In this document: piece by piece, positions 28,810-39,125 of the stretch
Layout of the letters: each line of letters opens with the position of its first letter
Position numbering within the stretch: position 1 is the stretch's first letter
Source of the DNA: an uncultured Bacteroidia bacterium
GTDB taxonomy: Bacteria; Bacteroidota; Bacteroidia; J057
Direction of reading: 5' to 3'
Assembly: GCA_964521065.1 (NCBI GenBank)
Contig: CAZFPQ010000002.1
Coordinates: forward strand, 21,909-85,908
DNA length: 64,000 nt
Notes under the pieces: model-generated
What the model saw: only the letters and a program-made list of their open reading frames with translations
Told to the model about the DNA's origin: nothing
The model's database searches: none
Translations under genes and position numbers: made by a program

Positions 28810-31800
28810 ATGCGTACCGAAATGAATGATTTTAAAGCTTTAGGAGAAGCGATTTCCATTACCTGTAAATCTCTGTTTGCAATTTTTTTCATGAGCATCT
28901 CCATAAAGATTATGTACGCTCAGACAACTTCGCTGGAGCAACAATTCAGGAATCCACCTTCCTCGGCAAAGGTCGGTACCATCTGGTTTTGGATAAACGG
29001 GAATGTAACCAAAGAAGGTATAATCGCTGATCTGGAAGCAATGAAACGGGTTGGCATTCAAGAAGCGATCATTTTCAACGTAAACCTGGGACATCCCAAA
29101 GGAGTTGCCCCCTACTTGGGGGAAGCCTGGCTGGAATTCTTCCATTTTGCGGCTTTGGAAGCCCGGCGCTTAGGGCTTGACCTGGGGTTTCATAATGGCG
29201 CTGGATGGTCTTCATCAGGGAGTCTATCCATTACGCCCGAATACGCCATGCAGGAATTGGTTTATTCGGAAATGACTTACCTTGGGGGCGGGGATCCTCA
29301 CATTCGATTGTCTCAACCTCCCACGCATTTGGGATATTACAGAGACATCGCGGTTCTGGCGTTTCCAAAGCCCCAAAGGGATGTACGTATAGACGACCTT
29401 GACCTCAAAATTCTCTCCCATAAGGTGAGAAGTCATTTGCCCCCGGATGATAAACTGATATCGGCCTCAGCGATTATTAACAAGGAAGAGATTGTTGATT
29501 TGACTTCCAAACTGAAAAGCGATGGTTTCCTTGAGTGGGAAGCTCCAGAAAAGGAGTGGGTCATATTACGATTCGGCCATACTCCAACAGGTGAAATGAA
29601 TCGCTTTCCAAGTGAAGGAGGCCAGGGGCTGGAATGCGATAAGATGAATGCTATGGCCGTAGACTTCTTCTTTGAGCACGCGATTATGCCCATCATCGAC
29701 AGGCTTGATACCCTCGTTGGTACTACCGTATCAAGGTGCCATATAGATAGCTATGAAGTGGGGACGACAAACTGGACGGCTGATTTCGCCAACGAATTTA
29801 GAAAACTACGTGCTTATGACTGTCTCCCTTATCTTCCTTCTCTGGCTGGATACTACGTAGAAAGTGGCGAAGAAACGGAGCGTTTCCTTTGGGACTTCAG
29901 GCGTACGATTGGAGACTTGATTGCCAGTAAATATTACGGGCGGATGAGTGAGCTGAGCCATCAGTATGGCATGGATTTCTCGATCGAGCCCTATTGGGGG
30001 CCGTTTGACAATATGCAAGTGGGAGAAACTGCCGATAGGGTTATGTCGGAATTTTGGAGTGGGAGCCTTGCCTTTTTTGATACGCCTAAGTTTACCGCTT
30101 CCATAGCCAAGTTAAAAGGGAATCCCATAGCCGAAGCAGAAGCTTTCACCGGCGTGAGTGGATGGGACCAGCACCCGGCTACCATAAAAGCAATGGGAGA
30201 TTTAACCTGGGCTCAGGGTATCAATCGCTTTGTCGTACATGGTTATGTTCATCAGCCTTGGGATACAGGGCCGGGGTTGACTCTTCAAAGATTTGGCACA
30301 CACTTCAATCGCCTAAATACCTGGTGGAATCAGAGCAAGCCCTTTTTTGCCTACCTCAATAGAGGTCAGTTTTTGTTGCAACAGGGTAGATCGGTGGCTG
30401 ATATCATGGTTTTTACTGGCGAATCATCCCCTAATGATGCATTGTTGATACCTGAAATCAAGGCGCTTGGGTATGATTATGACCTGATTGGCTCCAATCA
30501 GATTCTTTCCTTATCGGTTAGCAATGGGATGATAGCTACCAGGGCGGGAGATTTCTATCAAGCATTGGTCCTGCCAGAAACCCACTGGATGACTCCTCAG
30601 GTACTGGCTAAACTGAATGAGCTGATAGATTCTGGGGGTACCATCATTAGCTCAAGGCCCAAGAAATCTCCTAGTCTCACCAACTACCCGCACTGTGATG
30701 AAGAAGTGCTATTCCTCACAGACGAATTATGGAATACTGGGCGGATTAAAGAAACTTCCGTAGTCCAATTCCTAAAAAATGGCTCGCATCCACCTGACTT
30801 TTCTATTGAACAGGGAGATAGGGAATCCATCGATTTTATTCATAGAAATACAGAAAATGCGGATATTTACTTTTTGGTTAACTCTCTAGACCAAGGCCGC
30901 GAACTGAAGTGCAGATTTAGGATATCAGGGAAACAGCCTGAGTTTTGGGATGCCGAAACAGGAGATGTCTCAATGGCACCTGTGTGGCAAGATAATGGGG
31001 ATGGGACGACGACCGTTTCTGTCCCATTTAGTCCAAAAGGAACTGTGTTCGTGCTCTTTAGGGAACCTCCTAAGTTGCCTGTGAATATTGTGGAAGCTGA
31101 TATTACGATTTACGATCCCCAATCTTGCCCCCTGCCTAATCTGAGAATTGAAAAAGCAGAATACGGTACCTTTTTACCTAATGGCCTGGTTGATGTTACA
31201 GATGTCGTTAACGCGAAAATCAAACAGAATAAGCTCAGGGTGCAAGCGACCCGAAACCTCTGCTACTGTGATCCGGCTCCAGGGTATGTAAAAGAATTAC
31301 GGATTCGGTATAAGGTGGGAGCGGACGTGCTGGAAAAAAAGGTAAGGGAGTTGGAATGGCTAGACCTGGATGCTTCGGACAAAGGAAAGCTGGAAATCCT
31401 ACAAGCTGTTTTTGGGAAATTTGAGCGAGGCCTTGCTGGGATTCCTCCCGTCTATCCAGCCCATGACATTACCGATAAAGTGAAGGCGATGCTCGCCTCA
31501 GGAATATATGAGATTCCGGTCAACCCCTCTTTATGTGCAGAAGTAGTTTCCCATACTGCACACGCACTGAGGGTGACGTACACCAGCCATGACGAGCCAA
31601 AAACAGTTACAGCCAAGAATGGTGAAGTTTTGAAGCTCACAGAAACGAGGGTTGAGCCACGGATAGAGGTTAGAGAGGGTTCCTACCATTGGGTCACGCC
31701 GTTTGCTGGGGGAATCACTTTTCGATCCTCTACAGGAAAAATATCATCTTACCAGATGGATTATGTCCCGCCACCTATTGAATTGAAGGAAAGTTGGGAC

Positions 31801-32346
31801 GTAGTTTTTCCCTTACATCACCAATCTCCCAAACACACACACTTCGATTCATTGCGCTCTTGGGCTTATTCGGAAGATAAAGCAATCCGATACTTTTCAG
31901 GAACAGCTATCTATATCAGGGAGGTTATGCTCCCTCCGGAGTTTCTTCAACGGGAGTATTCGTTAGTATTGGACTTGGGGCGAGTGAAGGAGATTGCCGA
32001 AGTTTTTATCAATGGAGAGAAAGTAGATATTCTATGGAAAGCCCCTTTCACCCTAAATCTTGATGGGTACGTCAGCGTAGGTTCTAATACATTGGAGGTG
32101 AAAATCACCAACCTATGGCCCAATCGTCTAATAGGAGACGAACACTTACCTCTGGATTATGAACGTCGGGGACCGCATGTGGAGAAATGGCCTGATTGGC
32201 TGCAAGCCGATGTAAATCGGCCTACAGAACGAACAACATTTGCCGGATATAAGCACTGGGACAAGGATGACAACCTGCTGCCCTCAGGTTTGCTAGGGCC
32301 CGTAAAGATTATAATTTCGAAAGTAGGGAAGTTGGACGTTGAATGA
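28810..32346 (+). CDS. GH106-like large exo-glycosidase (alpha-L-rhamnosidase family); distant paralog of 8153-11584
   Basis: Same end blocks as 8153-11584: FRNPPSSAKVGTIWFWINGNVTKEGIIADLEAMKRVGIQEAIIFN at the N-terminus, and IRYFSGTAIYIREV...LGRVKEIAEVFINGEKV...VKITNLWPNRLIGDE at the C-terminus. Identity between the two is about 30% by eye. Confidence 0.5.
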   Translation: MRTEMNDFKALGEAISITCKSLFAIFFMSISIKIMYAQTTSLEQQFRNPPSSAKVGTIWFWINGNVTKEGIIADLEAMKRVGIQEAIIFNVNLGHPKGVAPYLGEAWLEFFHFAALEARRLGLDLGFHNGAGWSSSGSLSITPEYAMQELVYSEMTYLGGGDPHIRLSQPPTHLGYYRDIAVLAFPKPQRDVRIDDLDLKILSHKVRSHLPPDDKLISASAIINKEEIVDLTSKLKSDGFLEWEAPEKEWVILRFGHTPTGEMNRFPSEGGQGLECDKMNAMAVDFFFEHAIMPIIDRLDTLVGTTVSRCHIDSYEVGTTNWTADFANEFRKLRAYDCLPYLPSLAGYYVESGEETERFLWDFRRTIGDLIASKYYGRMSELSHQYGMDFSIEPYWGPFDNMQVGETADRVMSEFWSGSLAFFDTPKFTASIAKLKGNPIAEAEAFTGVSGWDQHPATIKAMGDLTWAQGINRFVVHGYVHQPWDTGPGLTLQRFGTHFNRLNTWWNQSKPFFAYLNRGQFLLQQGRSVADIMVFTGESSPNDALLIPEIKALGYDYDLIGSNQILSLSVSNGMIATRAGDFYQALVLPETHWMTPQVLAKLNELIDSGGTIISSRPKKSPSLTNYPHCDEEVLFLTDELWNTGRIKETSVVQFLKNGSHPPDFSIEQGDRESIDFIHRNTENADIYFLVNSLDQGRELKCRFRISGKQPEFWDAETGDVSMAPVWQDNGDGTTTVSVPFSPKGTVFVLFREPPKLPVNIVEADITIYDPQSCPLPNLRIEKAEYGTFLPNGLVDVTDVVNAKIKQNKLRVQATRNLCYCDPAPGYVKELRIRYKVGADVLEKKVRELEWLDLDASDKGKLEILQAVFGKFERGLAGIPPVYPAHDITDKVKAMLASGIYEIPVNPSLCAEVVSHTAHALRVTYTSHDEPKTVTAKNGEVLKLTETRVEPRIEVREGSYHWVTPFAGGITFRSSTGKISSYQMDYVPPPIELKESWDVVFPLHHQSPKHTHFDSLRSWAYSEDKAIRYFSGTAIYIREVMLPPEFLQREYSLVLDLGRVKEIAEVFINGEKVDILWKAPFTLNLDGYVSVGSNTLEVKITNLWPNRLIGDEHLPLDYERRGPHVEKWPDWLQADVNRPTERTTFAGYKHWDKDDNLLPSGLLGPVKIIISKVGKLDVE

Positions 32347-32368
32347 GACTTAAAAGAAATTCCCATTT

Positions 32369-34840
32369 CTATTTCGCCTCTAACCTAACCCTAACCGTTT
32401 CTAACCCTTTACCTTTTATCTCAACTTCTACCTCACCCTTCTCCCCCGTACTTTGCAAAATCATCAAGGCTTTTCCGTTAAATACGCGGCGCACATTCAG
32501 TTTGGTGGAGCTAAGATCAAGTGGGTCGCCATTGTCTAGTCCGATATTTCTTGCGGGTCCCGCAATCTCAAACTCAAGCATATCATCTGCATTGGGGACA
32601 AAATTTCCCTCAGCGTCGAGGATGTTGACCTCGAGATGTACACAACTTACCCCATCGGCCCTAAAGGCCTTTTTGTCTGTGATGACCTCTATATGTGTGG
32701 GAGCGCCTGCGGTCTTTACGATTTGTTCGCTTACTACCTCACCCTGGATTCGGGCGATGGCCTTTAGTTCACCCGGTTCATAGGGGACGTCCCAGGACAG
32801 ATTTTGCTTCCCGACATTGGCCTGTGCCCCCAGGGATGATCCGTTAAGGTATAGCTCTACTTCCTCTGAATTTGAATAGGCCCAAACAGGAATTACCGTC
32901 CCTTCTTTTCCAGGCCAGGTCCAATGAGGCAGTATGTGAACCATCGGTTTACTTGTCCACTGGCTTTGATAGAAGTAAAAATGATCTTTGGGGAAACCAC
33001 ACAAATCAATGATGCCAAAATTGAAAAACCTCGCTGGCCATCCTTTTATGGATTCTCCCAAATAATCAAATCCTGTCCACCGAAATTCTCCCGCCACATA
33101 ATCCAGGCTGTCAGTTCTTCGCCAGGAATCACGAGCGCTAATCCTGACGCTTGAGTTATCATAAGAAGACGAGTAAAACCTGGACGTAAACTCAGGAAAG
33201 ACCTCTTCTTCGGTTAAATCCGGCACCCTGATTCCCTGATGGGGGGAGCGCATTTCAGTCTTGGTTTGGTAGTATCCCCGGGTTTGAAATGAATGAGGAA
33301 TCTCCGTGGCGATAAACTTTCGATTGGGATAAACGGCCTTATCCTTTTCATAAAATACCGATCCTCCTCCTCCATTATAGCCAGTTACATCCAGCAAGGA
33401 GGAGAAGCCGGAAGCATTGGCCAGGTGGATGAAGCAACAGCCTGCCGTTATCGGGCGGGTAGAATCCAAACGGTGTACTGTCTCCATAAGAGGCTTGAGG
33501 CGCTCTGGGCCTTCGGGATAGCATTGGTCGGGAATCTCATTGCCTACACTCCACATAAAAATGCTGGGGTGATTTCGATCGCGAATGATGATATCAGCTA
33601 AGTCCTGTTGCGCCCATTGCTCAAAGTGCTGATGATAGCCATGTTTTACTTTGCCCTGATCCTTATATTTCACCCAAGGCCAAGAAGCAATCCATTCATC
33701 AAAAACCTCATCCATCACTAGGAAGCCCATGGTGTCAGCCATGTGATAGAATCCAGGGGAAAAGGGATTGTGCGCCGTCCGGATGGCATTGCAACCCATT
33801 TCCTTGAGAAGTTTTAGCCTTCGGTACAGCACATCGTCTGGTACAGCCGCGCCTACTGGGCCGCCGTCATGGTGGTTGTTGACTCCCTTGACCTTTATAT
33901 TTTCCCCATTTAGCCAAAAGCCCGACTCAGTTTCAAATCGAATCTCTCGGACCCCAAAGGGGGTTTCATATTCATCAATCACCCCAGACCCAGAAATGAG
34001 TTTGGTATGGAGGACATACATATTCGGGGTATCCAAAGACCACAAAGAGGGATGGGTGATCGCGACCTGTTGTTGGATCTTGGCCTGCTCATTTCCATTA
34101 AGGAATTGGGCTCCTTCCACTTTTGCCACCTCATGTCCTGCTTGATCAAGGATGGTGGAAATGACTTGTACCTCGGCATCTTTTGATGTGGTGTTGTCGA
34201 TGCTGGTCTCAATCTTTATGCTTGCGTTTTCTCTACTGATGTCTTCAGCTACCACGTAGGTACCATGCTGAGCCACAGCGATTTTGTGCTTAACGTTAAG
34301 CCAGACATTTCGGTAAATACCAGCTCCCGTATACCATCGACTGTTGGGCTGAGCAGAGTTACCGGCTTTGACGACTATTAGGTTTTCCTTTTGGGATAAA
34401 TAGGGGGTCAAATCATAGGTGAATCCCACATAGCCACTCGGTCTTTTGCCCAAGTGATGGCCATTAATCCAAACCTCGCTGTTACTCATGACCCCATCAA
34501 AGGTGATGGAGATATTCTTTCCTGCCCACGCTGGATCATACTCAAATGTTTTTCTGTAGAAGCCTACTCCTCCAGGATAAAAGCCTCCAAAATGCCCAGA
34601 GGGATTATCTTGTTCTATTTCCCCTTCTATGCTCCAATCATGAGGAACCTGGACTTCGGACCAGTCGGAATTGTCAAAACTGGGCATTTCTGATCCAACC
34701 CCATCGTCGAGCAAAAACTCCCATCCAGCATTGAACAGGGATGTTCTCGGAGATCTATCTCGACCATCTTTATATTCGCTACAGGAGAAAGAGTAGATAC
34801 AAAGGGCGATAAATAAAATTAGAAGCTTGGTAATTTTCAT
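32369..34840 (-). CDS. GH2 glycoside hydrolase (beta-galactosidase/beta-glucuronidase family), lipoprotein
   Basis: The GH2 sugar-binding N-terminus is FNAGWEFLLDD...DWSEVQVPHDWSIEG. The TIM barrel has NAIRTAHNP and the acid/base block PSIFMWSVGNEIPD, followed by C-terminal Ig-like domains. It is convergent with the preceding gene, with only a 22-nt spacer. Confidence 0.85.
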   Translation of the reverse strand: MKITKLLILFIALCIYSFSCSEYKDGRDRSPRTSLFNAGWEFLLDDGVGSEMPSFDNSDWSEVQVPHDWSIEGEIEQDNPSGHFGGFYPGGVGFYRKTFEYDPAWAGKNISITFDGVMSNSEVWINGHHLGKRPSGYVGFTYDLTPYLSQKENLIVVKAGNSAQPNSRWYTGAGIYRNVWLNVKHKIAVAQHGTYVVAEDISRENASIKIETSIDNTTSKDAEVQVISTILDQAGHEVAKVEGAQFLNGNEQAKIQQQVAITHPSLWSLDTPNMYVLHTKLISGSGVIDEYETPFGVREIRFETESGFWLNGENIKVKGVNNHHDGGPVGAAVPDDVLYRRLKLLKEMGCNAIRTAHNPFSPGFYHMADTMGFLVMDEVFDEWIASWPWVKYKDQGKVKHGYHQHFEQWAQQDLADIIIRDRNHPSIFMWSVGNEIPDQCYPEGPERLKPLMETVHRLDSTRPITAGCCFIHLANASGFSSLLDVTGYNGGGGSVFYEKDKAVYPNRKFIATEIPHSFQTRGYYQTKTEMRSPHQGIRVPDLTEEEVFPEFTSRFYSSSYDNSSVRISARDSWRRTDSLDYVAGEFRWTGFDYLGESIKGWPARFFNFGIIDLCGFPKDHFYFYQSQWTSKPMVHILPHWTWPGKEGTVIPVWAYSNSEEVELYLNGSSLGAQANVGKQNLSWDVPYEPGELKAIARIQGEVVSEQIVKTAGAPTHIEVITDKKAFRADGVSCVHLEVNILDAEGNFVPNADDMLEFEIAGPARNIGLDNGDPLDLSSTKLNVRRVFNGKALMILQSTGEKGEVEVEIKGKGLETVRVRLEAK

Positions 34841-36129
34841 TGGTTAATTAGTTGGTATTCGATTGACCATCCATCTCCCGAAGCTCAGCATGGGTCATCG
34901 AACTTTCACCAGGCATGGACAAAAGCTTAGTACTAAGGAGTCCAGATCTAGGTGAAAAAAGGACAACTGGTAATTATGGTTGACCGAGACACATGCATAG
35001 CTAGCGGTAGAACAGGCCGAAGAGATAGCGACCTATGTCACACTTTTCCCATCTCCCCTCTTCATGAAGGGTGGAGACTTTTGTGGATATAAGGTTTGGA
35101 AACACCAAGAGAGTAAGCGGCGGACCAAAGTAGCTTCTAGTTCAATTTGCCTGCCCAAAGACAAATTGCTAACCCTTTGATCCTGGTATCAAGATTTTCC
35201 AAAACGATTGAATGCAGAGCTTAAACTCCAATCTAGATAGGTTTAAAACTAAGGGGAATCAGCTGCGCAGTCCGAATTTGAAAATTGCATCTCGATGTCG
35301 AAAGTTATGATTTTTCCGATATCAACAAAATAAGAGCTGAAAAGATTCAATTCATTTCCTACTACTTCTCTCCCCTACTCTTTCTTCTTAAAGCCAAGGT
35401 CGCCATTTAGAGCAATCCGCACCATCCAAAAGGCCTTCCATAACCGAGTATTCTGAGCATGCGGCTCATGAATTGCCATTTTATCCAAATTGGGACAGCT
35501 CTCAGCTGAAGACCACAAAGTGAAGGAAACCTTTCAAAGCGAAATCGTGGCCCAAGGCGCCACAGAGCACATAAATGCTTCTGACTTCCTCAATTCGCAA
35601 GGGGTGTTATTTACTAAAAAAACCTGATTTTTATCGCCAAAAAGTGCAACAAAATTCCCACAAAGTGCATTTATGCAGCCCAGCACATGCACTACCTTTA
35701 TGTAAAGGAACAAATCAGGTCTCAGTAGATCATTCATCTTTAAGAAATCATATGCTCATTTTTTCCAAAGAGGTTTGACCTGGGCAGATCCTTTCAAATA
35801 ACTACTACTAACTACTAGCTTATGCCTAGCTCTACATCTTACCCGTCCACTCAAGCACCCGAGGCCCTTGCCTCACCCGCTTGGCTATGTACAAAGAATT
35901 ATTTTAGGGATTATTCAAATCCTGGCGATCCCGCTAATTCTGGTACAAAACTCAGTCTATCAATTTATTTCAACGAACACTGAAGTTTGATCGAAAGGGA
36001 GTTCAGGCCCAAGATCTCACCTTCTAGCATGAAACATAATCCTTATCACTTAAGCCTTGCAAACACAAGGCAAGGACGCTTTTTATGTGCTAAGTGTGCA
36101 CTACTACCTATCCTCAAAAAATTTGACCT

Positions 36130-39093
36130 ATGAAGAGGTTCATTTGTTCATCTTTCCTAGTTTGTATTGGCTGGTTTTTGCTCTCCTCCAATGTATATGC
36201 GCAAAGCAAACAGGTTAGAATAACCGGTCGAGTCAGCGATCAATCAAGCAATGATTTTTTAGCTGGTACCAGGATCATTGTTGAAGGAACGACCCAAGGC
36301 ACTATTACAGAAATAGATGGAAGATATAGCCTAGTTGTCCCAGGACCTGATGCGGTATTGGTTTTTTCGTTCATTGGGTATGAGGGGCAAAAAATTCGCG
36401 TGGGGGAACAGCGGGTCATCGATGTAGAATTAAGCCCTAAAGCAGTAGAGATTGGTGAAGTAACCATATCGACCCAAGCAAGGGGACAAATAGGTGCCCG
36501 GCAGCAGCAGATTAACTCAAACACCATCAAAAATGTGGTGGCCTCTGACCGCCTTCAGGAGAACCCCGATGCAAATGCGATCGAGGCCATTGGACGACTG
36601 CCAGGCCTATCCGTAATACGCTCCGGAGGAGAGGGCAACCAGCTGATAGTCAGAGGCATGCAACCACAATACACCAATGTCACCCTGAACGGAATCAACT
36701 TAGCAGGTGGTCAGTCAAATTTGAGAGGCATCTCTCAGTTTGCTCTTCAAGGCGCTGAGGTATACAAATCCTTGACCCCAGACTTAGAGTCTAATGCCGT
36801 GGGAGGTACCATTAACCTGACCACCCCAGAAGTACGGGATGGCCTCCACTACAACTTCCTTGTACAAGGGGGATACAACGATCTCAATTCCTACTTCGGT
36901 AACTATTTGGTGCAGGGAGAAATCAGCAACCGATTCTTTAATAAGAAACTCGGTGTCTCACTGATCGGAACGGCCGAGCAGGTAAATAGAAGTGTAGAGA
37001 CAATGAGTGCCAGCTACGGTATAATCGGACAAGAAATTGACATATTAATCAATCGATCTAGCCTCAATCTGATTGAACGAACTAATACCCGACGCTCGCT
37101 CAACTTATCACTCGATTACCGCCTCAATTCTTCAACTACCCTGAAATTTAATGGGATTTATGCCTACTCTAATACCAACACCCAAAGGCAATCCAAAAAC
37201 TATACTCATACTGGGGCAGGAGCAGTCAGTTATAGCATGCAGTATACCCCGATAAATGAAAGGGTAACCCTGCACACCTCCATGAGTGGCCGTACCAATA
37301 CCAACTTCCTGAATATGGTGCTGGACTATGGTTTTGTATTTTCAAACAACACAACCAATACACCCAACTCGAGAACCTGGGGCTTTGGGGTGAGGAATGC
37401 ATCAAATTCCGATATCACCACCGTTGAAATGCGCCGGATGAGTCCAGAAGAACTTATACCCTTGTTTACCGATGAGGAAGTAGGCCTAGAAAATACTGCC
37501 AGTAACGCCTTCACCGTATCCAATACCGAAGGCTTCAATCGGGACATTACGGGCTACCTTGACGTCAAGACACCGATCAAGGTAGGCAACTGGATCACCG
37601 GACATATCAAGTTCGGAGGCAGGTATCGACAGAAGAGCCTGTTTTCGGACGTTTTGAGTGGTAGAGCTACCCTCAACAACTTCAATGATGAATTGTGGTA
37701 CAATGCCTTGCCAGATCTTCAGCGAATCACTCCTCAAGAAGCTGCCTATTCTCTCGTTGGATTTGACGCCTACCAAGTTCCAAGCTTTCTAGATGGCTCA
37801 TTCAACTACGGCACCTACTTTGACTTTGACAAGCTCAATCGAAATACAGACTGGTGGACAAACTACTCAGATTCGCTTTTTGCCGAAGGACTTGATGTTT
37901 GGTTTCCCTTGGTAGGAGGAAAGTCCCAAGCTCTTGGTTTTACCCAGCAGTTAGAGCGCAGCATGTTTAACGATCGAGACATTGTTCAGGACTACTATGC
38001 TGGCTACGCCATGGCTGAGGTAAATATTGGCAAGTGGGCGATGTTGTTACCTGGGTTTCGCTACGAAAGAACGGATGCATTGATGAATGGATTGCTCTCT
38101 ATTCTACCTGATGAGAACTCTATACCCAACATCACCGAGCCCATTGTTGGCAATGACACCACAGCAAGGAGGATAGATGAGTTTTTGCTTCCCATGGTCC
38201 ACCTTCGGATCAAGCCTGCCAAATTTGTATATCTACACTTGGCTTATACCCAGTCTCTTAGCCGACCCAGTTTCAACCAAATCTCCCCTAACATCTTTGT
38301 CGACCCAGGATCAGCACCTGGAGTATTCAAATCTAAAAACCCTGAGCTTAGAACAGAACACTGGACCAACTATGATGCCCAACTAACCTTCCACAACCAA
38401 AAAATCGGACTGCTCTCCGTGAGTGGATTCTACAAAACGGTGGTGGATAAAATCTGGAATCGGGAATTCACACGGATCAAAGGAGACCCACTCGTTAGGT
38501 TTTATGGAGAGAGAGATGTAGTAGACATGGATATTTGGGAAAACCATCCGTTTACGGTGACTTTACGCGGGGCTGAATTTGAATGGCAAACTTCCTTCTG
38601 GTATTTACCAGGCATATTCAAGCATTTTACCCTCAACGTGAACTACACTTTCACCGATAGTGAAACCAAATATCCCAATTCTCGGCTAGAACAAGTCACT
38701 CCTGAAGGAGGTGGACGCCCGGTTACCGTTCGAATCGACTCTGTCATTGCGGGCCCCATGCTATTCCAACCCAGGCACATTGTCAACACCTCGCTTGGAT
38801 TTAACTACAAGGGCTTCAATACTTGGCTCTCCTACCAGTACAATGGCCAAATATTTACTTCCAAGAACTTCTTTGTCGACGAATTGGACGGGGTAAGGGA
38901 AAACTTTTATCGCGTTGATCTTCAAATGGCTTACAGCATCCCAAGCAAGATCCCTGGCAAGCTACAAGTGCTGGGCAATATCGCCAACATGACCAACTTC
39001 AATGAAGTCTCACGCCTCAGAGGAGACTCACGCTTTACCTATCGAGAGGCCTATGGCTTCACCATCGATATGGGGATACGATACAGATTCTGA
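36130..39093 (+). CDS. TonB-dependent outer-membrane receptor (CarboxypepD_reg-like domain plus plug plus barrel), non-SusC type
   Basis: After the signal peptide comes VRITGRVSDQSSNDFLAGTRIIVEGTTQGTITEIDGRYSL (carboxypeptidase-regulatory-like). The plug block is DANAIEAIGRLPGLSVIRSGGEGNQLIVRGMQPQYTNVTLNGINL, which resembles the Xanthomonas/Caulobacter carbohydrate TBDR subfamily rather than the SusC 'VVVGYGT' type. The C-terminal residue is aromatic (...GIRYRF). Confidence 0.8.
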   Translation: MKRFICSSFLVCIGWFLLSSNVYAQSKQVRITGRVSDQSSNDFLAGTRIIVEGTTQGTITEIDGRYSLVVPGPDAVLVFSFIGYEGQKIRVGEQRVIDVELSPKAVEIGEVTISTQARGQIGARQQQINSNTIKNVVASDRLQENPDANAIEAIGRLPGLSVIRSGGEGNQLIVRGMQPQYTNVTLNGINLAGGQSNLRGISQFALQGAEVYKSLTPDLESNAVGGTINLTTPEVRDGLHYNFLVQGGYNDLNSYFGNYLVQGEISNRFFNKKLGVSLIGTAEQVNRSVETMSASYGIIGQEIDILINRSSLNLIERTNTRRSLNLSLDYRLNSSTTLKFNGIYAYSNTNTQRQSKNYTHTGAGAVSYSMQYTPINERVTLHTSMSGRTNTNFLNMVLDYGFVFSNNTTNTPNSRTWGFGVRNASNSDITTVEMRRMSPEELIPLFTDEEVGLENTASNAFTVSNTEGFNRDITGYLDVKTPIKVGNWITGHIKFGGRYRQKSLFSDVLSGRATLNNFNDELWYNALPDLQRITPQEAAYSLVGFDAYQVPSFLDGSFNYGTYFDFDKLNRNTDWWTNYSDSLFAEGLDVWFPLVGGKSQALGFTQQLERSMFNDRDIVQDYYAGYAMAEVNIGKWAMLLPGFRYERTDALMNGLLSILPDENSIPNITEPIVGNDTTARRIDEFLLPMVHLRIKPAKFVYLHLAYTQSLSRPSFNQISPNIFVDPGSAPGVFKSKNPELRTEHWTNYDAQLTFHNQKIGLLSVSGFYKTVVDKIWNREFTRIKGDPLVRFYGERDVVDMDIWENHPFTVTLRGAEFEWQTSFWYLPGIFKHFTLNVNYTFTDSETKYPNSRLEQVTPEGGGRPVTVRIDSVIAGPMLFQPRHIVNTSLGFNYKGFNTWLSYQYNGQIFTSKNFFVDELDGVRENFYRVDLQMAYSIPSKIPGKLQVLGNIANMTNFNEVSRLRGDSRFTYREAYGFTIDMGIRYRF

Positions 39094-39125
39094 CCAACCT
39101 AATTCTTAACCTCAATTTTCCTACG

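Noticed and set aside
32381-32397. Telomere-like repeat TAACCTAACCCTAACCG.
   Set aside because: There are only about 2.5 units, and it lies inside the GH2 coding frame, where it encodes ...VRVRLEAK on the minus strand. It is best explained as coincidence.
32343-32783. 146-aa plus-strand ORF starting at the end of the GH106-like gene.
   Set aside because: It is antisense to the 3' end of the GH2 gene, is Ser/Pro/Leu-rich, and has no motifs. The GH2 frame has clear family blocks throughout.
35534-35778. Two mutually overlapping 67-codon ORFs on opposite strands, in the long intergenic gap.
   Set aside because: They have no recognisable similarity, no convincing start context, and overlap each other. 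They are reported only as part of the gap finding, not as genes.
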